A DNA stretch of 64,000 nt from assembly GCA_963976765.1 (NCBI GenBank), contig CAXBME010000002.1:124001-188000 (forward strand), written 5' to 3'. Source of the DNA: an uncultured Planctomycetaceae bacterium (GTDB taxonomy: Bacteria; Planctomycetota; Planctomycetia; Planctomycetales; Planctomycetaceae). Below the pieces are notes generated by a model that was not told the DNA's origin, ran no database searches, and worked only from the letters and a program-made list of their open reading frames with translations. Within the stretch, counting starts at the first letter, position 1, and the number at the start of each line of letters is the position of its first letter. A program made the position numbers and the translations under genes. Below are positions 26,265 to 37,241 of the stretch, piece by piece.

Positions 26265-28718
26265 TTATTCTTTTGATGCTGCTACGTTGTCCGCTTCATA
26301 GAACTGGTTCGCCGAGAGCAACTCCAGACAGAAGAGGATGAGCACAATTCCCAGGATGAGCGGAAATACTTCAACTCCAAGTCGCCCAGCCGTTACAGAC
26401 CGAGTCAGGCTTTCGACATCGCGAGCCAGGCTGTATCGATCTTTCCCAAGCAGATTATCCAGGTCGGCCGACGTGGCTCGTGAAAAGTTGCTTTCACCGG
26501 AATCGTGGTTCACCGAGAACGAAATTACCCGACCGTCACCGAGTGGTTTTATCAGGTAGTGCCCCAACTCGTTTGCCTCTTCAATCCAGATCGAATCTGA
26601 ATCTGCACTCGCACGACCGGGAACCTGCGCTCCTGCCGGCTTCCTTAATAAGTAGTCGTCAATTGGACGCTCACCATCGTTCTCTAACGCGATCGTATTG
26701 TTGGCGGAAAAGTTGAATTTCGCATCGGTTCTTCCGGTGACCAGCTGCGTTAATCGATTAACGAGCACAAAAAACGGCCACTCGCCTGGTAGACGATTCC
26801 ACTGCCTGCGATCGTCTAACTCCAGATTTCCAGCCGTTGTAAAAAGTGCAGAGTGACCTTTACCGACAGGACGCTCAATAACGGCCGGCGTGGAACGGTC
26901 GTCGGTAAATCGAACCAGCACTCTCGCGTCCTCAACTTGTTCGACGTTCCAGCATTTCCAGACAGGAATCTGAGCGACGTCCGCCGCCACGCCTTGAACA
27001 TTAAACTCGGCCAGCAGCGGGCTACCAATGTCCTTTACATCCAGCCCGCATGGATCCCGAAACAGCCGCACGACGTCAAGTTTGCCGGGCAGAACGGCCA
27101 GCGCTTCCGGCGTCGTCCACGATCCGACCTGAATTCCTCGCCCTCCGTCAAAAGCCGCGGACCCCAAAAATCCGATCAGGCCGCCACCAGTCAAAACAAA
27201 CTGATGAAGCTGCTTCCAGGTACGTTCCGACGGTGCCGGTACATTCACAAGAATCACAATGTCCTTAGCAGTCAGCTCGGCAGAATCCAGCTTGTGAGCG
27301 GGGAGAAATTCGACCTCGACTCCGGACACCGTCAGAAGATTAAACAGCTCAAACGCAGGACTGTTCCCGACACCCTGGGCGTTCGCATTCGGAGTTGGAG
27401 CAATCAGCAGCACACGCAGGGCCGGCCTGATTCCGATTGTCAGTCGGAGCTGGTTATCAATCGCCAGCGGGTCGCTGGTGACCAGTCGCAATTCACCGCG
27501 GAGGATTTCTTCAGCCGTCACTTCGGCAGCGAACTGCAACGACTGTCCAGCTCCGTTCTTCAGTGCAACCGTTCGCTGGCCTCGCTCGACTGGCTCGTCC
27601 GTCAAACCGTGCGTGTAGAATTCGACGGCCACTTCCTGGCCCTCGAATCCCTGTGAAACCACCGTCGCTTCGACAACAAACTCGCCATCGCTCGAAACTT
27701 CTTCGTCCGACAATTTCAAGTCGGTCAGAGCAATGTTGCGTGGTTCGTCGACGCCAACGTCGATCAGATAAACACTCACCCAGGTCAGCCGTTCAAGCTC
27801 TTCACGCAGCAGTTTCGCAGAGGTATCGCTCCAGGCGGACCGAGCCAGATCCGTGAAGATATAGACTTCCCGGATGAGCCTGTCAGTTGTCAGCCCCGCC
27901 GCGTTCTGTCCTCCGGCGGCGAGCGTCCGATTGCGGTCGTCCTCCTGGAGCCTCAATGCCGCACGCAGTCGATCGTTCAAGGGGACAAACTTCGGCGACG
28001 TCTCCAGTGATTCGATCCGCTTTTTGGCGCCGGCAACATCTGCCTGAAACAGCACGGGCAGCGTTCCTGACGAATCCGCCACAGCGATCCGGCTCTGTCG
28101 GGGAAGTGTCGACAAGTGTTCGCTGGCAAGCACCTTTACTTCATCCAGACGTGTTCGGCCTTCCTGCCGATACTCCATGCTCTGCGACGTGTCGAACAGG
28201 AAGACGGCGGCGACGGGCAAGTCAGGGGAGACTTCCGGCAACGGAGCCGTGATGGCCGCCGCGACTCGCTGCTGGTAAGGCCAGCCGATCAGCAGCAGAC
28301 ACAGCAGCAAACCGACTGCGCCGAGGATGCCACGCAGCGACGTTCGGCGGGAAGCGATCACATGATTGGCGACTCCCTGCCTGCGCCAACGAGCCATGAT
28401 ATAAAGGTACGCAGCCACAGCCGCAGCCAGAATGACTCCAAGCGTCAACGACTCTCTGAAATTCAGCCCGTACTGGGCGGCAGGCAACGACGGTCTCAAC
28501 AAAGCGACGACCAGAATCGCCAGCACAAGCACCCGCAGTAGCAACAGCCAGAAATGTCGCAGCCGAATGCGTCGAACGTTCTGTCGGCGACGTTTCTGAA
28601 TCAACCGTAGCGCCGGAAAGAGCAGTTTCTTCGGCCTGGTCCGCATCATCAGGTGCAACACGATCGGAATCGCGGCGCAGGCGAACCCAAAAATCAATGC
28701 GGGATTAAGGAGTGACAT
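26265..28718 (-). CDS. BatA-domain / VWA membrane protein
   Basis: N-terminal LNPALIFG..AIPIVLHLM..FPALRLI..LLLLLRVL (BatA), MIDAS-like FDTSQSM and YIFTD, and a C-terminal TM. Confidence 0.88.
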   Translation of the reverse strand: MSLLNPALIFGFACAAIPIVLHLMMRTRPKKLLFPALRLIQKRRRQNVRRIRLRHFWLLLLRVLVLAILVVALLRPSLPAAQYGLNFRESLTLGVILAAAVAAYLYIMARWRRQGVANHVIASRRTSLRGILGAVGLLLCLLLIGWPYQQRVAAAITAPLPEVSPDLPVAAVFLFDTSQSMEYRQEGRTRLDEVKVLASEHLSTLPRQSRIAVADSSGTLPVLFQADVAGAKKRIESLETSPKFVPLNDRLRAALRLQEDDRNRTLAAGGQNAAGLTTDRLIREVYIFTDLARSAWSDTSAKLLREELERLTWVSVYLIDVGVDEPRNIALTDLKLSDEEVSSDGEFVVEATVVSQGFEGQEVAVEFYTHGLTDEPVERGQRTVALKNGAGQSLQFAAEVTAEEILRGELRLVTSDPLAIDNQLRLTIGIRPALRVLLIAPTPNANAQGVGNSPAFELFNLLTVSGVEVEFLPAHKLDSAELTAKDIVILVNVPAPSERTWKQLHQFVLTGGGLIGFLGSAAFDGGRGIQVGSWTTPEALAVLPGKLDVVRLFRDPCGLDVKDIGSPLLAEFNVQGVAADVAQIPVWKCWNVEQVEDARVLVRFTDDRSTPAVIERPVGKGHSALFTTAGNLELDDRRQWNRLPGEWPFFVLVNRLTQLVTGRTDAKFNFSANNTIALENDGERPIDDYLLRKPAGAQVPGRASADSDSIWIEEANELGHYLIKPLGDGRVISFSVNHDSGESNFSRATSADLDNLLGKDRYSLARDVESLTRSVTAGRLGVEVFPLILGIVLILFCLELLSANQFYEADNVAASKE

Positions 28719-28835
28719 CGATCGACTGATTCGAGCAGAACATGTTCAGGAAGCGGTTGCCAGGACGGAGCGAAGCGTAGTCGATCGCTCATACAAACGC
28801 CAAAACGTGTCCCATCAGAGGTCGAACATCCGAAA

Positions 28836-30668
28836 CTACCGGGCTTCGTTGCTCGGCGAAGCGTCCGCTGCGATCCCTGCCGAAATTCTCAGAGTTGTTG
28901 CATCAACATTCGCCGTCATCCACGCTCGGTCGAGCAACGCCAGAAACTGATCGAGCTGCTCCAGCCGCTTCAAGGCGTCTGCTTCTGGAACCTTGTCTCG
29001 CTGGGCCTGACGGATGAACCATTCTTTCTGGCTGGCCAGCATTTTCCGAATCGCAATCGAACTAGCCACTACATTCTGCAGGTTTCCGAACGCAGACAAC
29101 GATTCGTTGCCGGTTTCCGCAGCTGTCTTCAGAAACGACTCGCACAGCTCGGGAGTTGTCGCCAGCACGAGATACCCGTCTGCGATCATGAAGGCTGGCT
29201 GGAAGAAGGCAACCGGGTCTGCGAAATGGATCGTCGCCCCATTCACTCTTCGTTGCTTGACGATCGAAACTCTCTGACCAGTGGCGTGGACATTATGAAC
29301 GACAGCCAGCACTCCCAGTCCCGATTGCAACGAATTTTCCAGTGCAGCTTCTGGCGAGACAGGCTCTTCATCATTACCGGTTGGATGCTGGCGTTCGGCG
29401 GACTTCATTTCGATCGCGAATACAGCGTCGACGGGGAACGACGTCGAAACTTTAGAATCGCGTGGTTGAATGCTGAAAATCCACGACGGTCCAACAGCCG
29501 GCAAAATGTCTGCCACGGGATCAAGTCCAAGCAGCAATCCCTGAGCGACCCGTCGAGCCTGAACAAGGTCTTTCGGAAGATTTGTCTGGTCCTGCAACGC
29601 GTTCAGAATCATGGCCGAGATGCTCGGCGAAGCCACCCGCCCACTCATCGCAACTAACGAATCGGGAGGAAGCGGCTGACCAGATGATCGAGCCGTTTCA
29701 GCGATCTGAAGCCATTGCTTCCACCAATCGGGAGTCCCCTGACTATCGTAGTCGGCGATCACGTCCAGTTTGACGGAATCGTCATAGGCAAGACTCAACG
29801 TCAGCCACTGACAACGGGCGAGTGTCGCTTCGATGGCTGAGAAATCTTTGTTTGCTCGACCAAGTTCGCTGACAAGAACTCGCGGATTCACGTAGGCCCC
29901 CGCGATTTCCATCTTAGGCCGACGGGCGAAAGCCTTTGCAAAGGGTGCGTAAGTCGCAAGGCAATCGGGATGCCCTGAGGCTTGAGAACTCGTACGAACT
30001 TCCGCGGCGGAGGACGCAGCCGCGGCGCCGGCCAGTTCGATCGTGCGTTGAATCCGGTCTTCACGCGTTGAAAGAACCAGCACGTCGTCGAAGATCGCGT
30101 AGAAAAAACCTCTCGCGTTCTCATCTGCATTGGCTTTGACCGAATGAGTGTAAGTCGTGTCCTGAAACTTCTTCGTTTCGGTTCGTTGTCGCTCAAGGAC
30201 GTTCCAGGTCGCCAGCGCCGACTTTGCTACAGCAGGGCTTTCGACTTCGATCAGCAGAACACTGTTTCGGGCGAGGTCGGCCTTCGTCCCCGGAGTGTGG
30301 TACCAGGCAAGCACCACATCCTGACTGAACAGCTCCCGTCTCGACTGCGCCAGCGGTTTTCCGGACGCCGCCTCAACCGCCACCCGAACGAGTTCAAGCT
30401 GCTTGTAGTCCGGACTCTGGATCCAGTCTCGAAAGAACGATGCGTGCTGGAGGCGATCACCAAACTCCGATTCCCGCAACCGCTGCCACTGAGCATCCAA
30501 CTGCCGAGCATGCAGACACGCCACCGCATCCTGATCAACCAGTTGAAACAGATCGCGAGCTTCGCAGATGGTCTGCCAGCTGGCGAACACCAGGCTCGTG
30601 GCAATAACGACGACGGGTAGCCGGGATTTGAATTGTTCGAACATTTCGAAGTGCTCTCTATTCATCAC
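28836..30668 (-). CDS. Exported hypothetical protein (DUF3352-like architecture)
   Basis: 610-aa ORF with a signal peptide and repeated beta-rich motifs FYAIFDDVLVLST and FMIADGYLVLATT. It follows the anti-sigma gene. Confidence 0.65.
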   Translation of the reverse strand: MMNREHFEMFEQFKSRLPVVVIATSLVFASWQTICEARDLFQLVDQDAVACLHARQLDAQWQRLRESEFGDRLQHASFFRDWIQSPDYKQLELVRVAVEAASGKPLAQSRRELFSQDVVLAWYHTPGTKADLARNSVLLIEVESPAVAKSALATWNVLERQRTETKKFQDTTYTHSVKANADENARGFFYAIFDDVLVLSTREDRIQRTIELAGAAAASSAAEVRTSSQASGHPDCLATYAPFAKAFARRPKMEIAGAYVNPRVLVSELGRANKDFSAIEATLARCQWLTLSLAYDDSVKLDVIADYDSQGTPDWWKQWLQIAETARSSGQPLPPDSLVAMSGRVASPSISAMILNALQDQTNLPKDLVQARRVAQGLLLGLDPVADILPAVGPSWIFSIQPRDSKVSTSFPVDAVFAIEMKSAERQHPTGNDEEPVSPEAALENSLQSGLGVLAVVHNVHATGQRVSIVKQRRVNGATIHFADPVAFFQPAFMIADGYLVLATTPELCESFLKTAAETGNESLSAFGNLQNVVASSIAIRKMLASQKEWFIRQAQRDKVPEADALKRLEQLDQFLALLDRAWMTANVDATTLRISAGIAADASPSNEAR

Positions 30669-30786
30669 TTAATTCGATCCTGCTGAAGTTTCGTCGAACA
30701 TCTTTTGCAGGGTCGCAGGGTGCGACTTGACGCACCATCGGGAATTCTGTCGTATTTTGTGGTGCATCGAGACGCACCCTGCATCA

Positions 30787-31605
30787 CTAAATTGTAAGCG
30801 TGCCTGCTGGCTCGGCTTTATCAAACAGAAACTCAAACGCCTTATCAACAGCCGATGGCTGCACTGTTTCCTGTCGCTGATCATCGTCGCCGGGTGAAGC
30901 TGAACCGGAGTTGTCGTCTGCTGAGCCGATCACATCCGCAATGCCAAGTTCGTTGCTCAGATTCGGAACGAACACGCTGAACCCGCTGGCCTGACGCGAA
31001 ACGCGGCTCGTGATACCACGCCACGCCGATTGAGCATCCGCTACCAGGTGCCCGATATCGGCCACCTGATCCTGTGGAGTGTCGAGCAGCCCCGGTGGAC
31101 TGTCCCGTACAGAAGGTTGCGGCGTTTTTTCATGGTGAGCGATGCTGCCCGGCTTTTCCCGAAACACAATCGCGATGGCGGCAAGAACCAGGGCAACCGT
31201 CACAACGGTCGGCCAGACGCTGCGTCCTGCTGCTGGTGTCTCTTCAGTGGCCGCTCGGACTACCGGTTCGTTCCCGGACGTCAGCCTGTCAGCTCGCGGA
31301 ACCGCACCATCGACTTTCACACCGGCAGCGTTCACACGGACTGCGGAAACGGTCGACGAGACCAGACCTTCCCGGCGAGCTGCGTCGATCACTCGGTCCG
31401 TAAGATCAACGGATGGTCGACGAGGCGCCCAGACGGTCAACGCGGATTCGATCAGCAGATACTCGTCGTAAAGAACCCGGCAATCGGGACACGAATCGGC
31501 GTGTGCCACAACGGCGGCATTCCGAGCAACATCGGTCTGTCCCGAAACGACTGCCCGACCATCCAGCGCCGCATCCAGTTGTTCTCGAACTTTCTGGCAG
31601 TTCAT
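30787..31605 (-). CDS. Zinc-binding anti-sigma factor (zf-HC2/ZAS) with TM
   Basis: MNC..VRE.LDA.LD and HADSCPDC (HxxxCxxC), TM WPTVVTVALVLAAIAIVF, directly downstream of the ECF sigma gene. Confidence 0.85.
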   Translation of the reverse strand: MNCQKVREQLDAALDGRAVVSGQTDVARNAAVVAHADSCPDCRVLYDEYLLIESALTVWAPRRPSVDLTDRVIDAARREGLVSSTVSAVRVNAAGVKVDGAVPRADRLTSGNEPVVRAATEETPAAGRSVWPTVVTVALVLAAIAIVFREKPGSIAHHEKTPQPSVRDSPPGLLDTPQDQVADIGHLVADAQSAWRGITSRVSRQASGFSVFVPNLSNELGIADVIGSADDNSGSASPGDDDQRQETVQPSAVDKAFEFLFDKAEPAGTLTI

Positions 31606-31666
31606 ATCCGCTCCTCGCAGTCTCTTACCGAAACACCTTGCAGTTTTGCCATCTCGAAATTGCCGT

Positions 31667-32239
31667 TCATGTTGCTTCCAACGCTGACGGGTCAGCCACA
31701 ACGCCTCGCTCCTGCAGTCGCTTCGCCAGTTGAGCACGTGCCCGGTGCAGCCACGTTTTGATCGTGCCCTGCGGACACCCCAGGACTTCTCCGATTTCCT
31801 GATAACTGAGTTCTTCCTGGTGGTACATCACGAAACACGTCCGATAGTCTTCTCGCAGCTCACCCAGCGCCAGTTCCAGTTCCTCACCGATGTCGAGCTG
31901 ATCCTGCTCATGCCTTGAATGTTCGCGTCGTTCGGAAGCCAGATCGACGGCCAGATCGTTCTGTGACGGCAGCTTCGATCTCTTCTCCAGCGCCGTTCGG
32001 CAACGATTGGCCGTGATCGTCAACAGCCACGGTTTGATCGGTCGTTGCTGATCCCACTTTTCGAGGTTCCGAAAAACTCTGACGAGCGCGTCCTGCGCGA
32101 CATCTTCGGCGTCTTCGCGATGCCCGAGCATCCGCAGGCAGATCGAAAACACCAGCCCCTGATACTTGCTGAGAAACGCGCGCATCGACAGCTCATCCCC
32201 GGACAGGCATTGCTGAACAAGCTGCACGTCTTCCGTCAC
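31667..32239 (-). CDS. ECF RNA polymerase sigma factor
   Basis: DAEDVAQD and WLLTITANRC (region 2); LSYQEIGEVLGCPQGTIKTWLHRAR (region 4). GTG 32239 chosen; the ORF extends to 32269. Confidence 0.95.
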   Translation of the reverse strand: MTEDVQLVQQCLSGDELSMRAFLSKYQGLVFSICLRMLGHREDAEDVAQDALVRVFRNLEKWDQQRPIKPWLLTITANRCRTALEKRSKLPSQNDLAVDLASERREHSRHEQDQLDIGEELELALGELREDYRTCFVMYHQEELSYQEIGEVLGCPQGTIKTWLHRARAQLAKRLQERGVVADPSALEAT

Positions 32240-32564
32240 TTGGCATCCTGTTTGACAGGTGATGCCCATTTCAGGGGCATCAAGTGGCTGAAACTCGCTC
32301 CTGCCGTCGAGCAGTTGCTGGACTGTTACCCTTGCTGGCCTACAGAGGTTTCACACAGAACCGCGAGGTCGGGGCAACCAGTGAGCTGATCTTGCCTCGA
32401 ACAGCCGGAACCGTTCGAATCCGCCCTCAATTGTGTCGCCGAGGTGATTTTCGAAACGATTCTGGCTGCTTACGCAGAAAAACTAATCATACCGCTTTCT
32501 CAATGCGAAACAGCGCACGCTGCCGAAGCGTTCTCCGGCAACGGCCGTCCTGAGACGAATACTA

Positions 32565-34703
32565 ATGGAAACTGCCATGCGAATCTGGCCGGGCCGGCCT
32601 TACCCGATGGGTGCAACCTGGGACGGAACGGGAGTCAACTTCGCCCTTTATTCGCGACACGCCACGGCCGTCGAGTTGTGTCTCTTTGAAGACTCAAAGT
32701 CGACGCAGGAATCAGTCGCCGTTCGGCTCAGACAGAGAACCGGCTTCGTCTGGCATGTGTACCTGCCCGACGTGCGACCAGGACAGCTTTACGGATACCG
32801 CGTTGATGGTCCGTACGACCCTGTTGCCGGCCACCGATTCAATCGAAACAAAATCCTGCTTGATCCTTACGCCAAGGCACTTGGTCGCGACATCACCTGG
32901 GACGACGCTTTGTTTGGCTACACCGTGGGTGAGTCCGACGTCTCGTTCAACCCGAAAGACAGTGCACCCGTGGCGCCGCTGGGCGCGGTTATTAATGACG
33001 CCTTCGTCTGGGGCGACGACAAGCCACCACAGGTTCCGTGGAACAGGACTCTGATCTACGAGGCCAACGTGCGCGGGCTGACAAAACTCAACTCGAAAGT
33101 CGCCACGTCAAGACGCGGTACCTATGCCGGCCTCTGCACGCCCGCAGTCATCCGGTATCTGCGCAGTCTTGGAGTGACGACGATCGAACTGATGCCGGTT
33201 CATCATTTCGCCAAAGATCAGTTTCTGGTCGAGCGGGGACAGACAAACTACTGGGGTTACAGCTCGCTGGGATTTTTCGCGCCGGAGATGACGTACTCGT
33301 CAGCCGATTCGCCTCAGGAGACCGTTCGCGAATTCAAGCGAATGGTTAAAACGCTGCACAAAAATGGAATCGAGGTCATTCTCGACGTCGTCTATAACCA
33401 CACCGGCGAAGGCAGCGAGATGGGGCCGACGCTGAGTTTTCGCGGTATTGACAATTCCAGCTATTACCGACTCGCTGGCAACCATCGTTACTACGACAAC
33501 TTCTCAGGCTGCGGAAACTCATGGAATGTCAACGATCCGTTCGCTCTGCAACTGATCATGGACAGCCTGCGCTACTGGGTGCAGGAGATGCATGTTGATG
33601 GTTTCCGCTTTGACCTGTGTTCGGTCCTTGGCCGCGAGCCGCGAGACTTCGACCCCGGAGCCGCCTTCTTCGATGCTGTGCAGCAGGATCCGGTGCTCTC
33701 GCAGGTCAAAATGATCGCCGAGCCCTGGGACGCCGTCGGCAGTTACGACCTCGGAAAGTTCCCGGGCCTGTGGAAAGAATGGAACGGCCAGTATCGCGAC
33801 ACCGTTCGAGAATTCTGGCGGGGCGACCACGGAAAGCTTCGCGATGTCGCTACCAGAATCTGTGGCAGCAGCGACATCTTTCAGCACAACGGCCGCAGCC
33901 CGCTGGCAAGTGTCAACTTTGTCACGTCGCACGATGGTTTCACGCTGAGAGACCTGGTCAGCTACAACCAGAAACACAACGAAGCGAATCTCGAAAACAG
34001 CGGCGACGACCACAATCGCAGTTGGAACAGCGGCTTTGAAGGAGAAACATCCAGCAAGGACATCAACCAGCTTCGAGAACGGCAGCGGCGCAACTTTCTG
34101 ACAACTCTGTTCTGCTCTCAAGGCGTGCCGATGCTTCTGGCCGGCGACGAGTTTGGTCGAACTCAGGGCGGCAACAACAACGCTTACTGCCAGGACAACG
34201 AAATCAGTTGGGTCGACTGGGATCTGGACCCCGAACAGAAAGCTTTCCAGAAGTTTGTTCGAAGAGTGATTCAACTGTGGAATGAAAATCCCGTCTTTCA
34301 TCGGCAGACTTTTTTCAAACCGTCGATGCATGGTGAATCAGAAGACCGGGACATTCACTGGCTGACGCCCGCCGCCGAACCGATGACTATCGCCGACTGG
34401 GAAGCAGGGTATGCCCGATGCGTTGGGATGCTTCTTGACGGGCGGATGATCGAAGAGTTCGACGCCGATGGCGAGCCCTGTGAAGGCAACACCGTACTGC
34501 TCCTTATGAACGCAAGCGAGGATGACATCCCGTTTACTTTGCCGCCACTCGACGACGGCATGTTCTGGCAATGCGAACTCGACACGTTCTATCCGGCAAG
34601 GCGGCCGAAAGGGCTGGAGCCTGGATTCAGTTATCGCCTGAAAACGCGATCCATGGCATTCTTCGTCCGCCGCCGGGAACGCCGCCGCCTGCTTCGACGA
34701 TAG
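32565..34703 (+). CDS. glgX: Glycogen debranching enzyme (GH13)
   Basis: PYPMGATWDG.GVNFA, NYWGY, DVVYNHT, DGFRFDL, IAEPWD, FVTSHDGFTL and GNNNAYCQDN. Confidence 0.97.
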   Translation: METAMRIWPGRPYPMGATWDGTGVNFALYSRHATAVELCLFEDSKSTQESVAVRLRQRTGFVWHVYLPDVRPGQLYGYRVDGPYDPVAGHRFNRNKILLDPYAKALGRDITWDDALFGYTVGESDVSFNPKDSAPVAPLGAVINDAFVWGDDKPPQVPWNRTLIYEANVRGLTKLNSKVATSRRGTYAGLCTPAVIRYLRSLGVTTIELMPVHHFAKDQFLVERGQTNYWGYSSLGFFAPEMTYSSADSPQETVREFKRMVKTLHKNGIEVILDVVYNHTGEGSEMGPTLSFRGIDNSSYYRLAGNHRYYDNFSGCGNSWNVNDPFALQLIMDSLRYWVQEMHVDGFRFDLCSVLGREPRDFDPGAAFFDAVQQDPVLSQVKMIAEPWDAVGSYDLGKFPGLWKEWNGQYRDTVREFWRGDHGKLRDVATRICGSSDIFQHNGRSPLASVNFVTSHDGFTLRDLVSYNQKHNEANLENSGDDHNRSWNSGFEGETSSKDINQLRERQRRNFLTTLFCSQGVPMLLAGDEFGRTQGGNNNAYCQDNEISWVDWDLDPEQKAFQKFVRRVIQLWNENPVFHRQTFFKPSMHGESEDRDIHWLTPAAEPMTIADWEAGYARCVGMLLDGRMIEEFDADGEPCEGNTVLLLMNASEDDIPFTLPPLDDGMFWQCELDTFYPARRPKGLEPGFSYRLKTRSMAFFVRRRERRRLLRR

Positions 34704-34758
34704 TGTCGACCGTGTCCGTAAGGTCAACGCCGTTGAGAACAGACATGGGCATGGCAGC

Positions 34759-36600
34759 TCACTCAGACTTCCCGTCAACCTCACCAGCAGGTTCAGGTTT
34801 GACTTCGTAGATGCGAATTTTTCTGTCATCGGTCTCGAACTGGATTGATAACCGCTGCTGACCGGACAGCTTCTCAACGCTCTCAGGCGACAGAGTGACC
34901 ATGTCGACGACACACCAGCGAACACCTGCCTTCTGAAAGGCGAGCAGCGACCTGTCGTCGGGAAAGCCCTGCACGTTGGCTTTCAACTGAAAGAACTCGT
35001 TCGGAAAGAAGCCCGAATACCCATTCGCCAGCCGCCGCTTGTGATACGTTGACCAGAGCATCGCGACCGTCGTGTCCTCGTAATCAAAAACTGATCGTCC
35101 ACTCGGAAACGGCAGGTGAGCAACAATGTCGTCTGTCTGAGTCTCGGTCCGCAACCACTCACTCCAGGATCGCTGCTGCTCGAATTCAGGCATCGCATAC
35201 AGACCAGGCTTTGCGGGCCATGATTCAATCAGCACTCCGAACAGCAAAGCAACGCGCCCCCATTGCAGCATTCGTCGCCATTCTGCACGTCGGGAAACGG
35301 GCTCCGCCAAAGAACGTTGTTCGTCAGCAGCTTCATCGTTGGTCGTCCCTTGAGAATTCGCTTGAGCGAAGCTCATCCCGGCCAGAACGACGCAACTGAC
35401 CTGGACAAGCACCGCAAATCGATGCGGACTGCGCATCGCGCTGAGTCCGGGCAGCCAGTCCGCGAGAAGCTCGAACGGTCGCAGCCCCAGCCCCAGCAAC
35501 AACCAGCCCGGTCCTAATGAAAGTTGAGCGGCCACCGCCAGAAACAGCAGCAGAAACGCCGTGACACGGCGCGAGTTGCGTCGCCGCAATCCAACAGCCG
35601 CACCGACAATGGCAAGTGCCGAGCAGGCAAGCCCAGGGCTCAACGGGAACCTGGCCTGACTGCCCGCTGAGCCGGAGAGCGGACCTCGCCACAGTGTGCG
35701 GAAATAGTCGTCCTGGACAGCCCTCAGGCGGTAGACCGTTTCCACCCGACGATCCCAGTTCTGCCGACTGGAAACGGACAACTGCATCACGGCAACTGGC
35801 AGAACCATGACGCTGGCCACCGCGCTCATGAGCACAAGACCAACAATCAATCGGCGAAAACAGCAGCGTTTCACAAGAAGCAACGGCAGCGCAAACAACA
35901 GAGTCAGACAAAGCTGATAACCGTAATAGTTGCACGCGAGGTAGCAGAAACCGATTGCCGCGCCGGTCAGAGCCGCGTCTTTCATTCTGTACTCGGTCAG
36001 AAACCGAATCAGAAAATGCAGCGTCAGCAGAATTCCTGAGACCTGAGAAAGCTGCAGTACTCCCAATTGCCAATGAACGAAGGGAAGAAGCAGAATTGCC
36101 GCACCGCTGCACGTTCCGGCGAACCGACTTCTGGTCAAACTTCTGACCAGAAGACTTCCGGCCCAGCCATTCGCCACAAGCATCGTCAGCAGGTAAATGT
36201 TGTAAGCGAGTGCTCGCGAATCGGATATCCACACGACCGGTGCGACGACGACCGTCGTCGATTGCGTTTCCGATAACGCGAAAGCATTGTCGGCGGGAGC
36301 GAAGATCGGGGCGCTCCAGTAATTCGCAAATCCTTCCGCCGCCCGATCCGCGTTCCACCAGATCGTCCAAAGATTGAACAATGGCACGGTCGCGACGCGT
36401 TCCTGCCCTGTCGGAATCGCCTTGTCGAGCTGTGTTGCCAGCGGCCAGGTTGAGGCGAGTGCCAGCAGCAGAAAGAAAACAGCCTCAAACAACGCGTATC
36501 CTGGACTTATTGAGCAATTCCCAGCTTCCCTGGAGCGGCAAGAAAATCCTGAACGGCCAGCAAAGAAACCGGCCAGCACTTTGAGAAGCCTTTCCAGCAT
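34759..36600 (-). CDS. Polytopic membrane protein, GT-C/YfhO-like
   Basis: Multiple TMs with WTIWW, APIFAP..LSE, RSPHRF and H.RRLANGYSGF.P motifs typical of GT-C-fold-like membrane proteins. Confidence 0.7.
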   Translation of the reverse strand: MLERLLKVLAGFFAGRSGFSCRSREAGNCSISPGYALFEAVFFLLLALASTWPLATQLDKAIPTGQERVATVPLFNLWTIWWNADRAAEGFANYWSAPIFAPADNAFALSETQSTTVVVAPVVWISDSRALAYNIYLLTMLVANGWAGSLLVRSLTRSRFAGTCSGAAILLLPFVHWQLGVLQLSQVSGILLTLHFLIRFLTEYRMKDAALTGAAIGFCYLACNYYGYQLCLTLLFALPLLLVKRCCFRRLIVGLVLMSAVASVMVLPVAVMQLSVSSRQNWDRRVETVYRLRAVQDDYFRTLWRGPLSGSAGSQARFPLSPGLACSALAIVGAAVGLRRRNSRRVTAFLLLFLAVAAQLSLGPGWLLLGLGLRPFELLADWLPGLSAMRSPHRFAVLVQVSCVVLAGMSFAQANSQGTTNDEAADEQRSLAEPVSRRAEWRRMLQWGRVALLFGVLIESWPAKPGLYAMPEFEQQRSWSEWLRTETQTDDIVAHLPFPSGRSVFDYEDTTVAMLWSTYHKRRLANGYSGFFPNEFFQLKANVQGFPDDRSLLAFQKAGVRWCVVDMVTLSPESVEKLSGQQRLSIQFETDDRKIRIYEVKPEPAGEVDGKSE

Positions 36601-37241
36601 TCAGCTCCAATGCCTTCTATCGGCCTGGTTGTCCAGAGAGTTACAAGCTCATGGATTGTTGTAGCCCTGTCGTCAGGCTTCAACTCTGGTCCGGGGGCGA
36701 GCAGATCGGACGACAGAGCTGATGAATCAATGACACCAGCAGAGCCCCCATTCGTAAGTCACCTTTATATCGGCCACAAGTCGCTCGTCTGATGCCAGCC
36801 CGTCCCAATCCATCCTCGCTCTCTCGTGTCAAAAGTCAGAGACACTGCCAGAATATCCATCCTCACCTGAATCGCGCAATCGTTATTAAGCGCCCTCGTG
36901 GTACAGGATCAGGTCAGCGAATCCAGCGACTTTGCCGATTGAGTAAAGTTTTCCAGGCACGCCATAAATTCCGGTTGCAACGTTGCTGCCTGCCAGTCAA
37001 GGGCTGACAGACGTGACGGCACGGGTTTGCTGATCAGGTTGCCTGACGCTGTATCCAACTCAGGGGGATTGTGTCGAGTTTCCGATATCTCACTTCGAGT
37101 CGGCCTGCGCTGCCTGAGTGGTTCGCAAGGTCTTCTCAAGGAATCCCCCTCACCGGTCGGCGACACACTCTTTCTGAAGACGATGTCGCAAGGATCTTTC
37201 GACCGTGTACCGGCAGCCCGCAAAAACAATCGGAGTGGATT

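Noticed and set aside
37017..37031. Sigma-54-like sequence CGGCACGGGTTTGCT
   Set aside because: GG-to-GC spacing is 9 nt rather than the required 10.
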